DNA from: Syncephalis fuscata S228 | Lineage: Eukaryota > Fungi > Zoopagomycota | DNA length: 64,000 bases | Assembly: GCA_025786725.1 (NCBI GenBank) | Contig: JAHLTZ010000010.1 | Span: 496,001 to 560,000, forward strand | Direction of reading: 5' to 3' | Shown: piece after piece, positions 52,013 through 64,000 of the stretch | How the letters are laid out: each line of letters starts with the position of its first letter | Position numbering within the stretch: position 1 is the stretch's first letter | The notes under the pieces: generated by a model | The model's input: the letters and a program-made list of their open reading frames with translations, nothing else | What the model was told of the DNA's origin: nothing | Databases searched by the model: none | Program-made: the position numbers and the translations under genes

Positions 52013-54125
52013 CTAATCAGAAAATCCGTATAAAACAATGCCGGGTGCTTTTAAAACACTTTGTAATCGATCACAACTTGGACGGCTTACATTTTGACAA
52101 TTATATAATGAAATCCATTGCAAACTATAATCATTATTGCTATCACCATCGTAGCCATTGTCATGGCCATCATCATACTCACTACGTGATGGCACTTCTT
52201 GAAGCGTAGTTACAAGCTGACTAATTCCGTAGCTTGTAATACGTGGACACGCGGAAATATTGAGATGGGTCAGTCTACTACGAGATACGGCTGTATGATT
52301 GAATAGCTGATTTAAACCTTGATAGGTAATATTTGGATTAGAGTGAAGTGATAGATCCAATAAATGTCGGCCATACATAGCAATAGCATTTAGTAGTGTA
52401 TCTGTTAAGCGTGGACATCTATTAAGATGCAGCTGTTTAAGTAAAAGACAGGATGAAACAATAGTAATTGCCACTGTATCTGATAGTTCAGGCAAACTAT
52501 TAAGTGTAACAGATTGAAGTGTATGTTGCCATGTTGTAGTCATATTAAGTAATTTATCATTAGTCAAAGCAGTACTAGATGAGAAATCTATGGTATGCAG
52601 TGCCAAATAGGTGGGTATATTCAGGGTTGACACTTCAGCTAATGGTGCGGCATTGATAGCTGATAGGGGACGTCGTCCATGAATACCTGGCAGTACCAAT
52701 ACTTCTAAATGTGTTAAACCACGTAAACTTTCAAGTGAAGTAAGGGTTAATAATGCCGTTGAGGTTGATGAAACAACACGAGCCACAGCAGGTGATAGCA
52801 GTGGTATTTCAAGAATACGTAAATTCGGTAATCCTCTCGCAATAGAGACAATACTTTCATCAAGTAGAAATACGCAATCCACCAATCTTAATATATGCAA
52901 TGATTGACTTGAACAGCCCTCCAATAGCATAGGTGCACGGGCATTAGTAACCTCCAGTCGACGTAAACGTGGACATCTAGACCATACATGACGGGCCCAA
53001 TTACCATGAGCATGTAGAATAAGTTCTTCCAATGGTTTGCCAATACGCTTTAATGCTGCTACAAAGCTCTCCTCGGATATTTTCGATGAAGGGGTCAATT
53101 CAAGATAGCGTAACTGACGACAAGTACTTGTAGCCAGTGTACGCAACACCGTGCTTGATAATTGACCCGATTTAGGCAGACATAGTCGAGTTAATCGATG
53201 GCCACACTGAACAATAGCTTGTTGCACCAATTCATTACGTAGTGGACGTGTTGTTACCGATGAAGATCGTCGAGTGGCCGTTAAATCAATCGTTGTCCAG
53301 AATTCATGTGTTGATTTTACAAGTGTTCTCCATAAAGAACATACTCGCATACAACAAATACGCTTATTAACCGGCAAGTACTGAAGAATAAGCAATTGTA
53401 ATTCAATCGGCAGTATTGGGTTAAATCAACACGTATTAATGACTAGTAGAGTAGTTAATTAATGGTATAATCATAAATCTATTTAAATTACCTGAGCCTT
53501 AGATTCTATTGATAATAAACGATTTACTTCAGTAGCTACACTAATAAGTTTCTAGTAATAAACATAATGATTAAATGATTAATATTTACCATCATACTAC
53601 TTACAAATCGCCATGGATCATCAACTGCCACTGCGTTTAATCCAGCCTGATAAACATGCTGGGCCATAGAAAGTCGACTAGAGAGTTGAAAACATTTACC
53701 AACCCGTAGATATCCCTATAGAATACATCATATTAATTAACTATACATATAAGTATATAATTAATATTATTTTAACTTACTATTGCACAACTAGGTGCTA
53801 GTGACATCATGGTTTGTCCCTCTCGCGATGCTTCTTTTAAATTACCGAGTTGTTCAAGTGTAGCTGCTCGTTGATCGCGTAATGTTAATAAATGTGGTGC
53901 AATTTGAATACACTATATAAATACAAGTATATATATATAAGTTACATCTCACTCATTGTTATATATACTGTCTTCATTTACCTTATCAAAGTACTTCAAT
54001 GCAGCAGTATACTTTCTCTGTTTAAATAAACTTATCGCTTCTTCACGATATCGTTGAATCGAATCAGCTAATGCATAGTCAGATTTGACTCGTTTATGTG
54101 GTCGTTGTGAATCATGCATATTCAT
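52013..54125 (-). CDS. TPR + F-box + LRR protein (Dia2/Pof3-like); apparent 1-nt frameshift near 53416
   Basis: N-terminal TPR (EEAISLFKQRKYTAALKYF); F-box (LPIEL...ILQYLP....CMRVCSLWR); Cys-containing LRRs (CPRLTD, CPRITS). Confidence 0.8.
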
Positions 54126-54378
54126 ATGAAACAAGTACAATAGCACTTAAGTGAAAAGAAGAAAGCTACAGAAAAGTACAGACGCGACTTGGACGCGTAG
54201 TTTATTAAAGTGTTATTTAATATTTATTAAACGTGCCCTTTTCTCTTTTACTTTTCTTTACTCGTTATTTTTTGTTATTAAATACTACTTATTAAACTAT
54301 AAGTCTAGTTAGTTATAGTAGTTATTTATTAGTATTTATAGTAGTTATATGGTAACAGAATTCTGTTAAATATCATTA

Positions 54379-57300
54379 ATGGATACAAAACAACCAACTA
54401 CAGAATGGCCAACCTCTGTAAACAAAGATATTACCAGTAAGTAGTCTATTAAGTATATAGACGTATTAACCATTTATCCATATCAATAGATACTTTAGAA
54501 GATGAACCTTTTAACGAAGAAAGTGAAGATACATTATTATACAAGAACGTATCAGTTACACCAAGAAAGACTAAAAAGAATAACAAAGTGTATTGGATCA
54601 CATCACCGCCATCAGTAGCATTAAAACGTGTAGTAAATGAAAGTATTGGTAAGTTATTAGTAAACTATTAATAAATATTAATAAATATTAATAAATAAAT
54701 ATAGGTAAAGAGACATCAGATATTAATGTTGCTCAAGTGGTTGATTGGATTCATAATAAACATGTAAGAGTAAATAAATACATAACACTATCTATTGTTG
54801 ATATATATATATATATATATATATAATAGACATCTTCATATGATTCACAAGTGGTAGCTACATCAACTACATCAACTACATCAACTGCAACTACATCAAC
54901 TACATCAATGACAACAACAACAGATGCAACAAGACATTCAAGTTGGGAACGCTTATCATTAAGCTCACCTACTTCTTCATCTCCTAATCGACTATATTCT
55001 CATTCTAGTTCAAAGAAATTCAGATATCATTCACCAGAAAGTGTTCAAAAAATGTTTAATCTTATTGATCAAATGGAAGAAAGTAAATCATCTACGGTAA
55101 CAACAACAATAACAACAACAACACCAACAAAGTCATCAACAACAACCACATTAACAGTATCTACAGCATCTACACCAAAGCATCAACATTTAATAGTAAT
55201 AATGATATAGATAACTGTTCTACACCAACTATATCTAGGATAAAGAAAGAAAACGCCATTAACGAGTTATTAGATGGAGATTTACTATTCTTAAATGATG
55301 ACTTGCTATTAAGTGAAGATGATCATGATACGTCAATATTACAAGAGAATGAAGATAAATCACCTTTTAAAGAGTCTGAAATAGTAACCACAACTACAAC
55401 CATACCATTGATGACACCATCTATACTATCATCCAATAATACACTTACTACATCAATTAATCATCATTCATTAAGACCATCATTAATAGATTCAGATCTA
55501 CATGAAATTGAAGATATTATGACAGCTGTTAATGATGATGTATTTAATGATAATGATTTACTGGTGTCTGAGGATATTCCATTAGAAGATAATTTAAAGA
55601 ATGAAGATCAGTTACTGAATGATATTGATTTCTCACAATGGTCCGATGAAGAGAATGACGAAGCTAAAGTGGATAGTGGCAATACTGGTATACCTGTAGA
55701 AATACCTACTGGATATAAAGTAAGTAATTTTATTTAATAGATATAATAATATTTATATACTATAATTAGTTTCTACGTGGTATGATTGAAGAGTGTAATG
55801 AACAGATGTATTATGATCATCATGGTCGATTGGGTCGAGAGAAGGTAATAGTATGATGACTATCAACGGTGTATTAATAAACTATTCATTTATTAGATCT
55901 TAAAAGTTAAATTCACCCAATTATCAACTACAGTAACTATTACTGGACATGTTCATTTAAGAGATGATTGGTTCAGTACACCTATTAGACTAGGTACCTA
56001 TATTCATTTAAATGGTCCATTAGATGAACGTGGTAGTTGTATGGTTGATAATCAACACTCAAATATTGTTATTATTCATCCAGATCTACTTATATCAAAT
56101 ACACAGCTATCAGATAGCTTTATATGTCAAAGAAGATCAACATTACAGGGAAGAATACGCGTAAGCGGTCAATCCAATACGGCGATGACTTATGGATTAA
56201 TGTTACACGAACTGTTACAACGTACATTACAAAGTAGCAATTTCTCAGATGACAGTCTAAATATGTGTATTAATGAATTGATTCAAAATAATCTTGAATC
56301 ATTATATTATGTTGAAGAAGATGAGACGATGGCTGAGAAGCATTTAAAGGAAATGTTACCTAATCTCAAATTTTGGATGAGTTCATTTCTTGGTGGAGAG
56401 GTAGGTTAAGTGTGTATTAATAGGATGGGTATACTAATATTTATATATTTATATTTATATATTTATATATATATATATAGCCACGTGAATATGTAGAGTC
56501 GATGACTTCGAGTGGATCTGTTAGAATGGCTATACGTAAAGTATTGGATATTGAAGAGGGCATCTGGTCGCCTAGTTATGGTATTAAAGGGGTCATTGAT
56601 GCTTCATTAGAGATTGTACATACGACACCGTCTGGTTATGGATATAACCGTAGTAATGGTAATGAGGAGACTGTATCTATTGTGCCATTGGAAGTAAAGA
56701 CAGGTCGGGCCAGTAATTATTTGGCACATCAAGCACAGACACTTTTATATACGCTATTAATGAGTGATCGTTATGGTAAATACTATTATAATTATGTATG
56801 ACTATTATTAATAATATGTATACGTATATGTATATGTGCGTTTGGGTATGTAATTAGATCAATCGATTGATCTTGGTTTATTGTATTATTTAAAGAGTGG
56901 TACTACCAAGTTAATGTCGGCTAGAGATAATGAAATACGTGGTCTGCTAATTACTCGTAATGAATTGGCTGATTATTTGGCAAATACATCTCGATTACCG
57001 CCATTACAGAAGAATGCTTACAAGTGTCAGCGTTGTTTTGCCGTTGATGCTTGCGCCATTTATCATAAGGTAGGTAGTATTAGTGGTGAGCTATTTAAAT
57101 CTTATATTTTATAGGCTCTAGAGAAGGGTACACAGGAGAGTTTCGGGGTTGAAGAGTTGTTTGATGAACGTACACGTCATTTAACCGAGGAACAAACTGA
57201 ATTTCTACGTCATTGGGATCGACTAGTTACGATGGAGGAACAAGAGATGAATAAATTTAAAGGCGAGATATGGTCAATGTCTAGTCGGGAAAGAGAATCG

Positions 57301-59904
57301 GTTGGACGGTAAATCAAATAGTTGAATTGTAGTATTAATACTAACAATATAGTTTATATATATATAATGTACTGTAGTTGTATTGGAGGACTGATTATAG
57401 ATACAGATTTTGATAAAGATACTAAAGATTATCAACGACAAATGGTTAGCCGGTATAGATATCGATTTATACGATCTACTGTGGATGAACATCGACAGAC
57501 CACTAATTACCATAATACTAATGTAAAAGTGGTTTCGAAATCATTTCTTAACTCTCATATTACGATTGGTGATCCAGTCGTGATATCTACTGAGCATGGT
57601 CAGATTGCTATGGCTATTGGATTTGTACTTGATATGAATGAAGAACAGATTGTAGTCGGTATTGATCGATCATTAAATAATCGAGGCTCACTTTTAGTTG
57701 GTAATTCTTCTTCTTCTTCAGTACAAGTACCTACGCTATTTAGACTTGATAAAGATGAATTATCAAGTGGTATGGCAACCCTTCGATATAATCTGGTTCG
57801 ACTATTTACTATTGGTGGCTGTGATCAACGACGACGAGCTTTAATTGTTGATCTAGCGCCACCAAGTTTCAAGTCAACAGTGGATGACACGGTGATATCA
57901 TCAATCGATCGATTAAATAGTGATCAACAAGCAGCGATTAACAAGGTACTAACTGGTAGGTGGAGAGGATATAGTGATATAGAGATATAGTAATTACAAT
58001 GCTTATTCGATATAGCTAAGGATTATGCGCTATTACTTGGTATGCCGGATCGGGCAAGACGACTACTATTGCCCAACTTATCCGTGTTCTAGTCGAACAG
58101 GACAAACGAGTACTTGTAACTTCATATACACATTCGGCAGTGGATACAATTTTGATGAAGTTGAAAGAAACACACGCCTCGACTATTGTAAGACTGGGTA
58201 ATCTTGATAAGGTGATTAGCTATATGGAAATGGACTAATTATGTATTAATAATTGACAATAGATTCATCAAGATATACGACCATTAACACCAAATTACGA
58301 TAAGTCATTAACTACTGTTCGTGCTTATGAGCATTATTATGCGAGTAAACAAATATTTGCAGCTACTTGTCTTGGTATTCATCAGTAAGTATATCATTTA
58401 TTTATTTATTATTATTATTATTATAACAATAATTACTACTATTAAATAGTCCGGCACTGACTCGACATCAATTTGACTATTGTATTGTCGATGAAGCATC
58501 ACAACTTACTCTGCCAGCAACACTTGGACCTATTCAACTAGCACGGGTATTTGTACTTATTGGCGATCATTATCAATTACCACCTACTGTAAGTTGGCAA
58601 TACTTGCTAGTAAAGGGTTGTTTAATTGACTCTAATGGTTATTTAGGTGATACATGCTGATGCTGCTAAACAAGGACTGTCAATTAGTTTATTTCAACGG
58701 TTGTCGGAAGCACATCCGGCAGCACAAGTAATTCTACGTCATCAGTATCGTATGAATCGAGATATTATGAAGGTATCAAACCACTTAATCTATAATAACC
58801 AAATGATTTGTGGATCAGAACAAGTGGCGGAACAGCGTTTAGATCTACCAAATCCTCAAGGATTAGCACTATTTCATAGTGACAAGTATAATAATGATAG
58901 TAATGAAGAGGAAAATATTATTACAACTGTAAAAGGCGATCTTTTAGAGCTATTACCATGTGAATCGCCATGTTGGTTAGAACATTTACTAGATCCAGTG
59001 TAAGGATGGATACAGTGTATTTATTAACAACTATTTAACCTATAAATGAATAATAATAGGCATAATGTAATACTGGCCAATACGGATACAATCTACCCAG
59101 ATCAAACATTAAGCGAGAACATACTACAAAACTATACTGAAGCTCATTTAGTTCATCAAGTAAGTAATAGCCATTATTATTATTATTTATTTATTTATTT
59201 ATTTAATTTAGACAGTTGAAGCATTAATACAATGTGGTATTATTGATTCAGAGATTGGTATTATTACACCGTATCGCTCACAAGTACGAACTATTTCACT
59301 TATGTTAAAGGATCGACCATCCATTGAAGTTTATACAGTCGATCGGTATCAAGGCCGAGATAAAGACTGTATACTATTATCGTTGGTGCGCACTAATACC
59401 GAACAGAATGTAAGTAGTATGAAAGTAGTTATAGTATAGTGTTTAACACTGTACATCAATTTATGCTAATAGGTGGGCCATTTATTACGTGATTGGCGTC
59501 GTATGAATGTAGCATTTACACGAGCTCGTAAGAAACTGATTATATTTGGATCAGTGTCAACACTTGAAGGTTCACCGGTATTTGCGGAGTTTGTAAAACT
59601 AGTACAAATGCAACAATGGGTAATTATTAAAATGAATGATGACTGAGTGTCAAGAATAGGATGATTAATTATATGGCGTTAGATTTATCCATTGCCGACA
59701 CTTGCTCATCGGCGACATGATCTATTTCTAAATCCGCTCTCTAATACACAGCCTGAAGTGACCGGTATTGGTATTGGCACTGAGCGTCGTCGAAGACCAA
59801 AAACTTCACCTGTCAAACGAAGTGTAACACTAGGTGATGATGTCCTGCTACGTCGATATCCATTATTACGAGATATAGTTTATGATAAACATGGATTGCC
59901 ATAG
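54379..59904 (+). CDS. DNA2: DNA replication nuclease/helicase Dna2 (many introns; apparent 1-nt frameshift in Walker A near 58048)
   Basis: Motifs IIHPD, DIEEGIWSPSYGIKGVIDAS, LEVKTG, HQAQTLLYTLL, C..CF...AC, GMPG.GKTT, VDEASQ, GDHYQLPP, TVDRYQGRDKD and RRMNVAFTRARKK. Confidence 0.93.
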
Positions 59905-59961
59905 TCTTGTTAACACAGATGTGTGTGTGTGTGTGTGTACTATTTATTAATAATAAAACGA

Positions 59962-62243
59962 TTACAATTCAAAAGATTGTATTGAGCCACGAACACCATT
60001 GTAAATGCATGTGTTATTCAATGGAATATATTGATGTGTAATCAGCTTAATTATTTCTTGAGCCGTAATACCACCCATGAGTGCGGCAATATTGTGCAAT
60101 TCAGCATGTCCATAACGGCACCTTTAATAATAACCACACTGTTAGTGTTAGTATAACTATACTAGTAGTATAACATACCATTCATGTATGTTATCTGTTA
60201 ATAAATCAGGTGATATGTTAGTGATATGCCATAGAGCAAGTAGTTCATTTGTGATCTGTGTTAATAAAAAAACATCCTCCTCTACAGCTCGTTTATCTTC
60301 ATTTGAATTCTCATTATTTATCAATTGACCTATATTAAGTATTGTTGTTTTATTATTATGGTAACATTAATTTAAATGATCATTACCAGGATAGCGTTGG
60401 TAGCGTTGATAGAATTGTTCCGAGGCTCTAAACATGATATAACGAATGGCTTCACTAAAGTTGTCCAATAGTTCACTATCTATCATTACAATGGTTACAC
60501 TTTGTATAATGGTTATTATGATTCTAGCTACTAACTTAATAGCTGAACCGGTGGATTAATGATATATTCATCGGATAGTGATCGGTATCGAATGACTTGA
60601 AGGAAGGCTGAATGCTTACAAAAGGTTAGAATCTCTTCATTATCAATTTGTTCTATTGGTAGATTCAATTGGGTCAAGTAATGGCGAGCATATCGCTGTA
60701 CTGCCTGATAGTCTGATTGGGCTTTTTGACGATAGCTATAATAGCAGTGGATAGTATAGTTGTTAATTAGCAATGTATACCTATATACCTATATATATAA
60801 TTACATTTGTTGAAGGGCCACATAACGTTCCGTATCAGCCTTCATATCTGGCAAGACACCTGATAATGGTAAAAGACCAGCACCCTCAGTTGATTCGGTA
60901 AAATCACGTACGGCACGTAATAGAATCCAAAAATTCGATGACTATTTATTAATATTATATTAATATAATATTAATAATTACTATTCAATAATGTAATTAC
61001 CTGTGGTGATAACTGTTCACATGCTGAATCTTTAAACAGTTTTTGAATCTCTGATGGAATCTATATTAATTTAGATAAGTTTAATTGTTATAATATATTG
61101 GGTTAATTAATTTAATCTGGTTACTTGCCTTTGGTTCGGCACAGCTGCGAAGTACAGCGGCAATAGCCTCTTCAAAGTTCTCATCGTTGGATGAACGCAT
61201 TCCCTCACGTATCATTGCCTTTAATTGATTCTTCTCCTGGTAATTGGATGGCAGACTACCAAACTATACAGTAATTCATTAACAGTATTTTCTTATGTAA
61301 TAATTAAGCCTACTTTAGCTCGGAATTTCTCAAGATATTTAAGTAGAATAACCACATAAGGTACATGACCATAATCTTTGTTATTCATTGTTTCCATGTT
61401 ATGAAATCCATTTGCATACTCCATTAGAGCAGGGAATGGCGCATACAAACGTAGATCAGTTAGATTCTCTGGATGTGTATCAGCAACTATACAATGACGT
61501 TAGTTATAATGAATGAATCAATGAATTATAACTTACTCGTGTGTTCTGGCACGGCTACACGTAAATAGCCAAAGAAGCCACAAACACGTACAACAACTAA
61601 AGGAACCTTGGCTTGCCAGCAACAAGCAGCCAATTCAATTAGAGCTGGTTCGGCGACATCGACAGCAACAACAAGACTAAATGCGTCAAAATGAGATGTA
61701 GCATTTGGTGCTAGCAGTTCTTCAACGGTTAATGTATCGTAGTGACCGCGTACATCGGTATTCAGTTCGGCCAACAGTGTACATGTTCGCTCAGCGCGTG
61801 GCCGGCCAATATCCTCAGGTGTGAGGAAAAAGTTATTGCCAATGTCAGCACCACTTGTTAATGTCGAGTCGATAATAGTATAAGCGCCAATACCTAATAA
61901 ATATAAAAAGGTATACATATATATATATATATATTTATGTATGTATGTATGTATGTATGTATGTATGTATGTATGTATGTATTGATACGTGGTCAATTGA
62001 CTGGTCTCTTTTATACAAAGAAAAGTAATGGCGATCATTGTAGTTACTTGCCTGGCAATACAAGATTTTTAAGTATTTCTGTACCGGTACCACTACTGCC
62101 AATGAGACAAATATGCGCTGTCTCCAGTGCTAATTGGCCATTGGCTTGCCATAATCTAAATTACGGTTAGATAACAACTGGTGTATACTGTATCTAAACA
62201 CTTGCCGAAGTTGTCGATCATAGCGCTGAGTTTTAGCGTCCAT
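59962..62243 (-). CDS. ULA1: NEDD8-activating enzyme E1 regulatory subunit (Ula1/APPBP1), multi-exon
   Basis: Motifs [46 protein letters not shown] and [21 protein letters not shown]. Confidence 0.92.
61937..61981. repeat. (ATGT)n microsatellite next to a (TA)n tract in a ULA1 intron
   Basis: Directly visible tetranucleotide run. Confidence 0.9.
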
Positions 62244-62818
62244 TATAACGGATGATCACTTGTTGACTGCAACAATTACTACGACAACAACGGCGTCGAT
62301 GACTTGTACAATAAGAGACAAAAGTAGTACTAGAAAACAAATAAACAATGAATAACCACCTATAGCAAAAGTAAACCTTTACTATATTGGTACAATAATA
62401 GACGATATATGCATACATACACACGCCTTTGATGACGTGCACCCATAAGTGTAATAGATCTACTTTAACTATGGAATATATTTAAATGCAAATAAACGCT
62501 TGTTCTAAATATGGATATAACATGTGATAACATAGCGCCAAAAGAATTATTGGCTAATTGGACACACAAAAGTAAACCAATGAAAAAAGAACATTTTCAA
62601 TCATCATAACTGTTCAAAAGTGAAAAATATAACGCAGCAAGCAAATAAAAGAAGCATGTAACAAATACGAGAATGAATAATATGACACAGGTGCGATAAT
62701 GAAAGAAGATAAAAAGGAAAAATAACAAGGTAATATGTGGTTGGTTATGATGATAATAGAATGGTAATGATAATCATGGGGTGCTAATAATGCTGCTCTT
62801 CCTATGCTCATGTTGTTG

Positions 62819-64000
62819 TTATGCCGAACCAACATCAGCAATACGACTTCGTGTGCTATAATGATGAAGAGGCGGTGGTTGTGGCGAGTGAACGACCGGA
62901 TCGACCATAATGGCTGAACTAGCATCGCGACTACGTTTGCTTGGCGTGGTTGGCATAGAACGTGTCGCTGCGGTCATCGGGTGATCCTCATAGTGACGTT
63001 TCTGTGGTGTAGATTTTCTATAAGATCGAGAGACTGCTGTGGCTAGCAGTACCGCGTAAGTCGCTTGCTATAAAGATATACCAATAGATCGATAGTATTA
63101 AAACTTACCCTCTTCGATCATTTGATGATCCATTGCCAACTGTTGTAATCGGCATTCAATGGCCGTCATCATTGTTAATCTTAATTGAGCAGCGGCATAC
63201 TAATATTAATAATCGATAATTAAATAATTAATAAATTAAAAGTAATTATAAATGATATTTGTTAATATTAACTTACTGAAAATTGTTGTCGAGCCATTTC
63301 ACGTGTTGCGTCATATTCAGCCATTAAGGATTGCGCTGTAAAGTCGTGGCGACGACGTGCCATGGCCATACGTTCTTTGCACAGTTCTTGTGCCTCTTCA
63401 ACTCGATCGCGGATTGCCGAGTGTTTGCCCAAGTGTACCTGGCGTACTTCTTCCTCCAAGTCATCAAGTCGCGCTTCATAAATGCTATAAAACAAGTTTT
63501 ACTTAGTTTTACCAGCATTTACTTTTAATGCTCAGTAACTCACCGATCCTTCAAATCGGCAAATGCTGTTTGTATTTCATTCATGCGTTCGGTATTTTTC
63601 CGATGATCTGTTTTAAGTGCTCGTACATCTTCTTCCGATTCACTGGCCTCATCTTGTGTGCCTTTAAATAATAACGCTATGAATTAAAACATTAAATAAC
63701 ATTTTACTATTTATACCTTGGTGTGTGTGATTATCATCGTCGTCATCTCCGTCATTGTCATTGTTATTATTGTCGTCGTGGCCATCGTCATTATTACCAC
63801 GGTCCTGGTCAAGATTAGCAGTGGCCACTGTCTGTTCTAATCGACGACGTTTTGGTTGGCGACCACGTCCACGTGTTGATGGCGAGGACCGTGCACCGTT
63901 TTGGCGAGGTCGGCCTCGGCCTCGGCCACGCCCACGCCCATTTGGTGTGCGAGAGCCAGGTGTAGCTGCAGCAATCTCTACAGCTGCTCTATGTTCATCA
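62819..64000 (-). CDS. 3' part of an Sds3/Dep1-like coiled-coil protein with a GR-rich, AT-hook-like segment
   Basis: Sequence ERMNEIQTAFADLKDRFYEARLDDLEEEVRQV..GKH matches the Sds3-like helix pattern; upstream GRGRGRGRPR. The 5' end lies outside the window. Confidence 0.65.

Noticed and set aside
54860-55140. ACATCAACT and ACA repeats as a separate element
   Set aside because: They encode a Thr/Ser-rich disordered N-terminal region of Dna2.

Overview
AT-rich, intron-containing DNA from an early-diverging fungus; the gene style is reminiscent of Zoopagomycota such as Syncephalis (an impression, not verified). The window carries ordinary genes: a partial GNAT, an S8 subtilisin, three CAP proteins, Bin3/MePCE, a PPR protein, SPT3, a PhyH dioxygenase, two RAD51 copies, a degenerate ABCC transporter, DJ-1/Hsp31, ALE1, PER1, UBC6, a TPR/F-box/LRR protein, DNA2, ULA1 and a partial Sds3-like gene. 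It also has two large near-identical inverted duplications: 3.1 kb arms (3410-6525 / 6662-9784) and 7.6 kb arms (20731-28321 / 39537-47132). The main finding is inside the 7.6 kb arms. An apparent ~80 bp satellite of 43 units reads as a chain of paralogous spliceosomal introns (GTAAGT...YAG) separated by 3-nt exons. Joined to an upstream signal-peptide exon and a downstream in-phase 98-codon open frame, these micro-exons give a stop-free protein of about 185 aa: signal peptide, coiled coil, then hydrophobic helices. The ORF track cannot see this gene. It appears to have grown one codon at a time by tandem duplication of an intron plus triplet unit. Splicing is inferred from sequence only. Several single-base frameshifts in conserved genes suggest residual deletion-type errors in the assembly.
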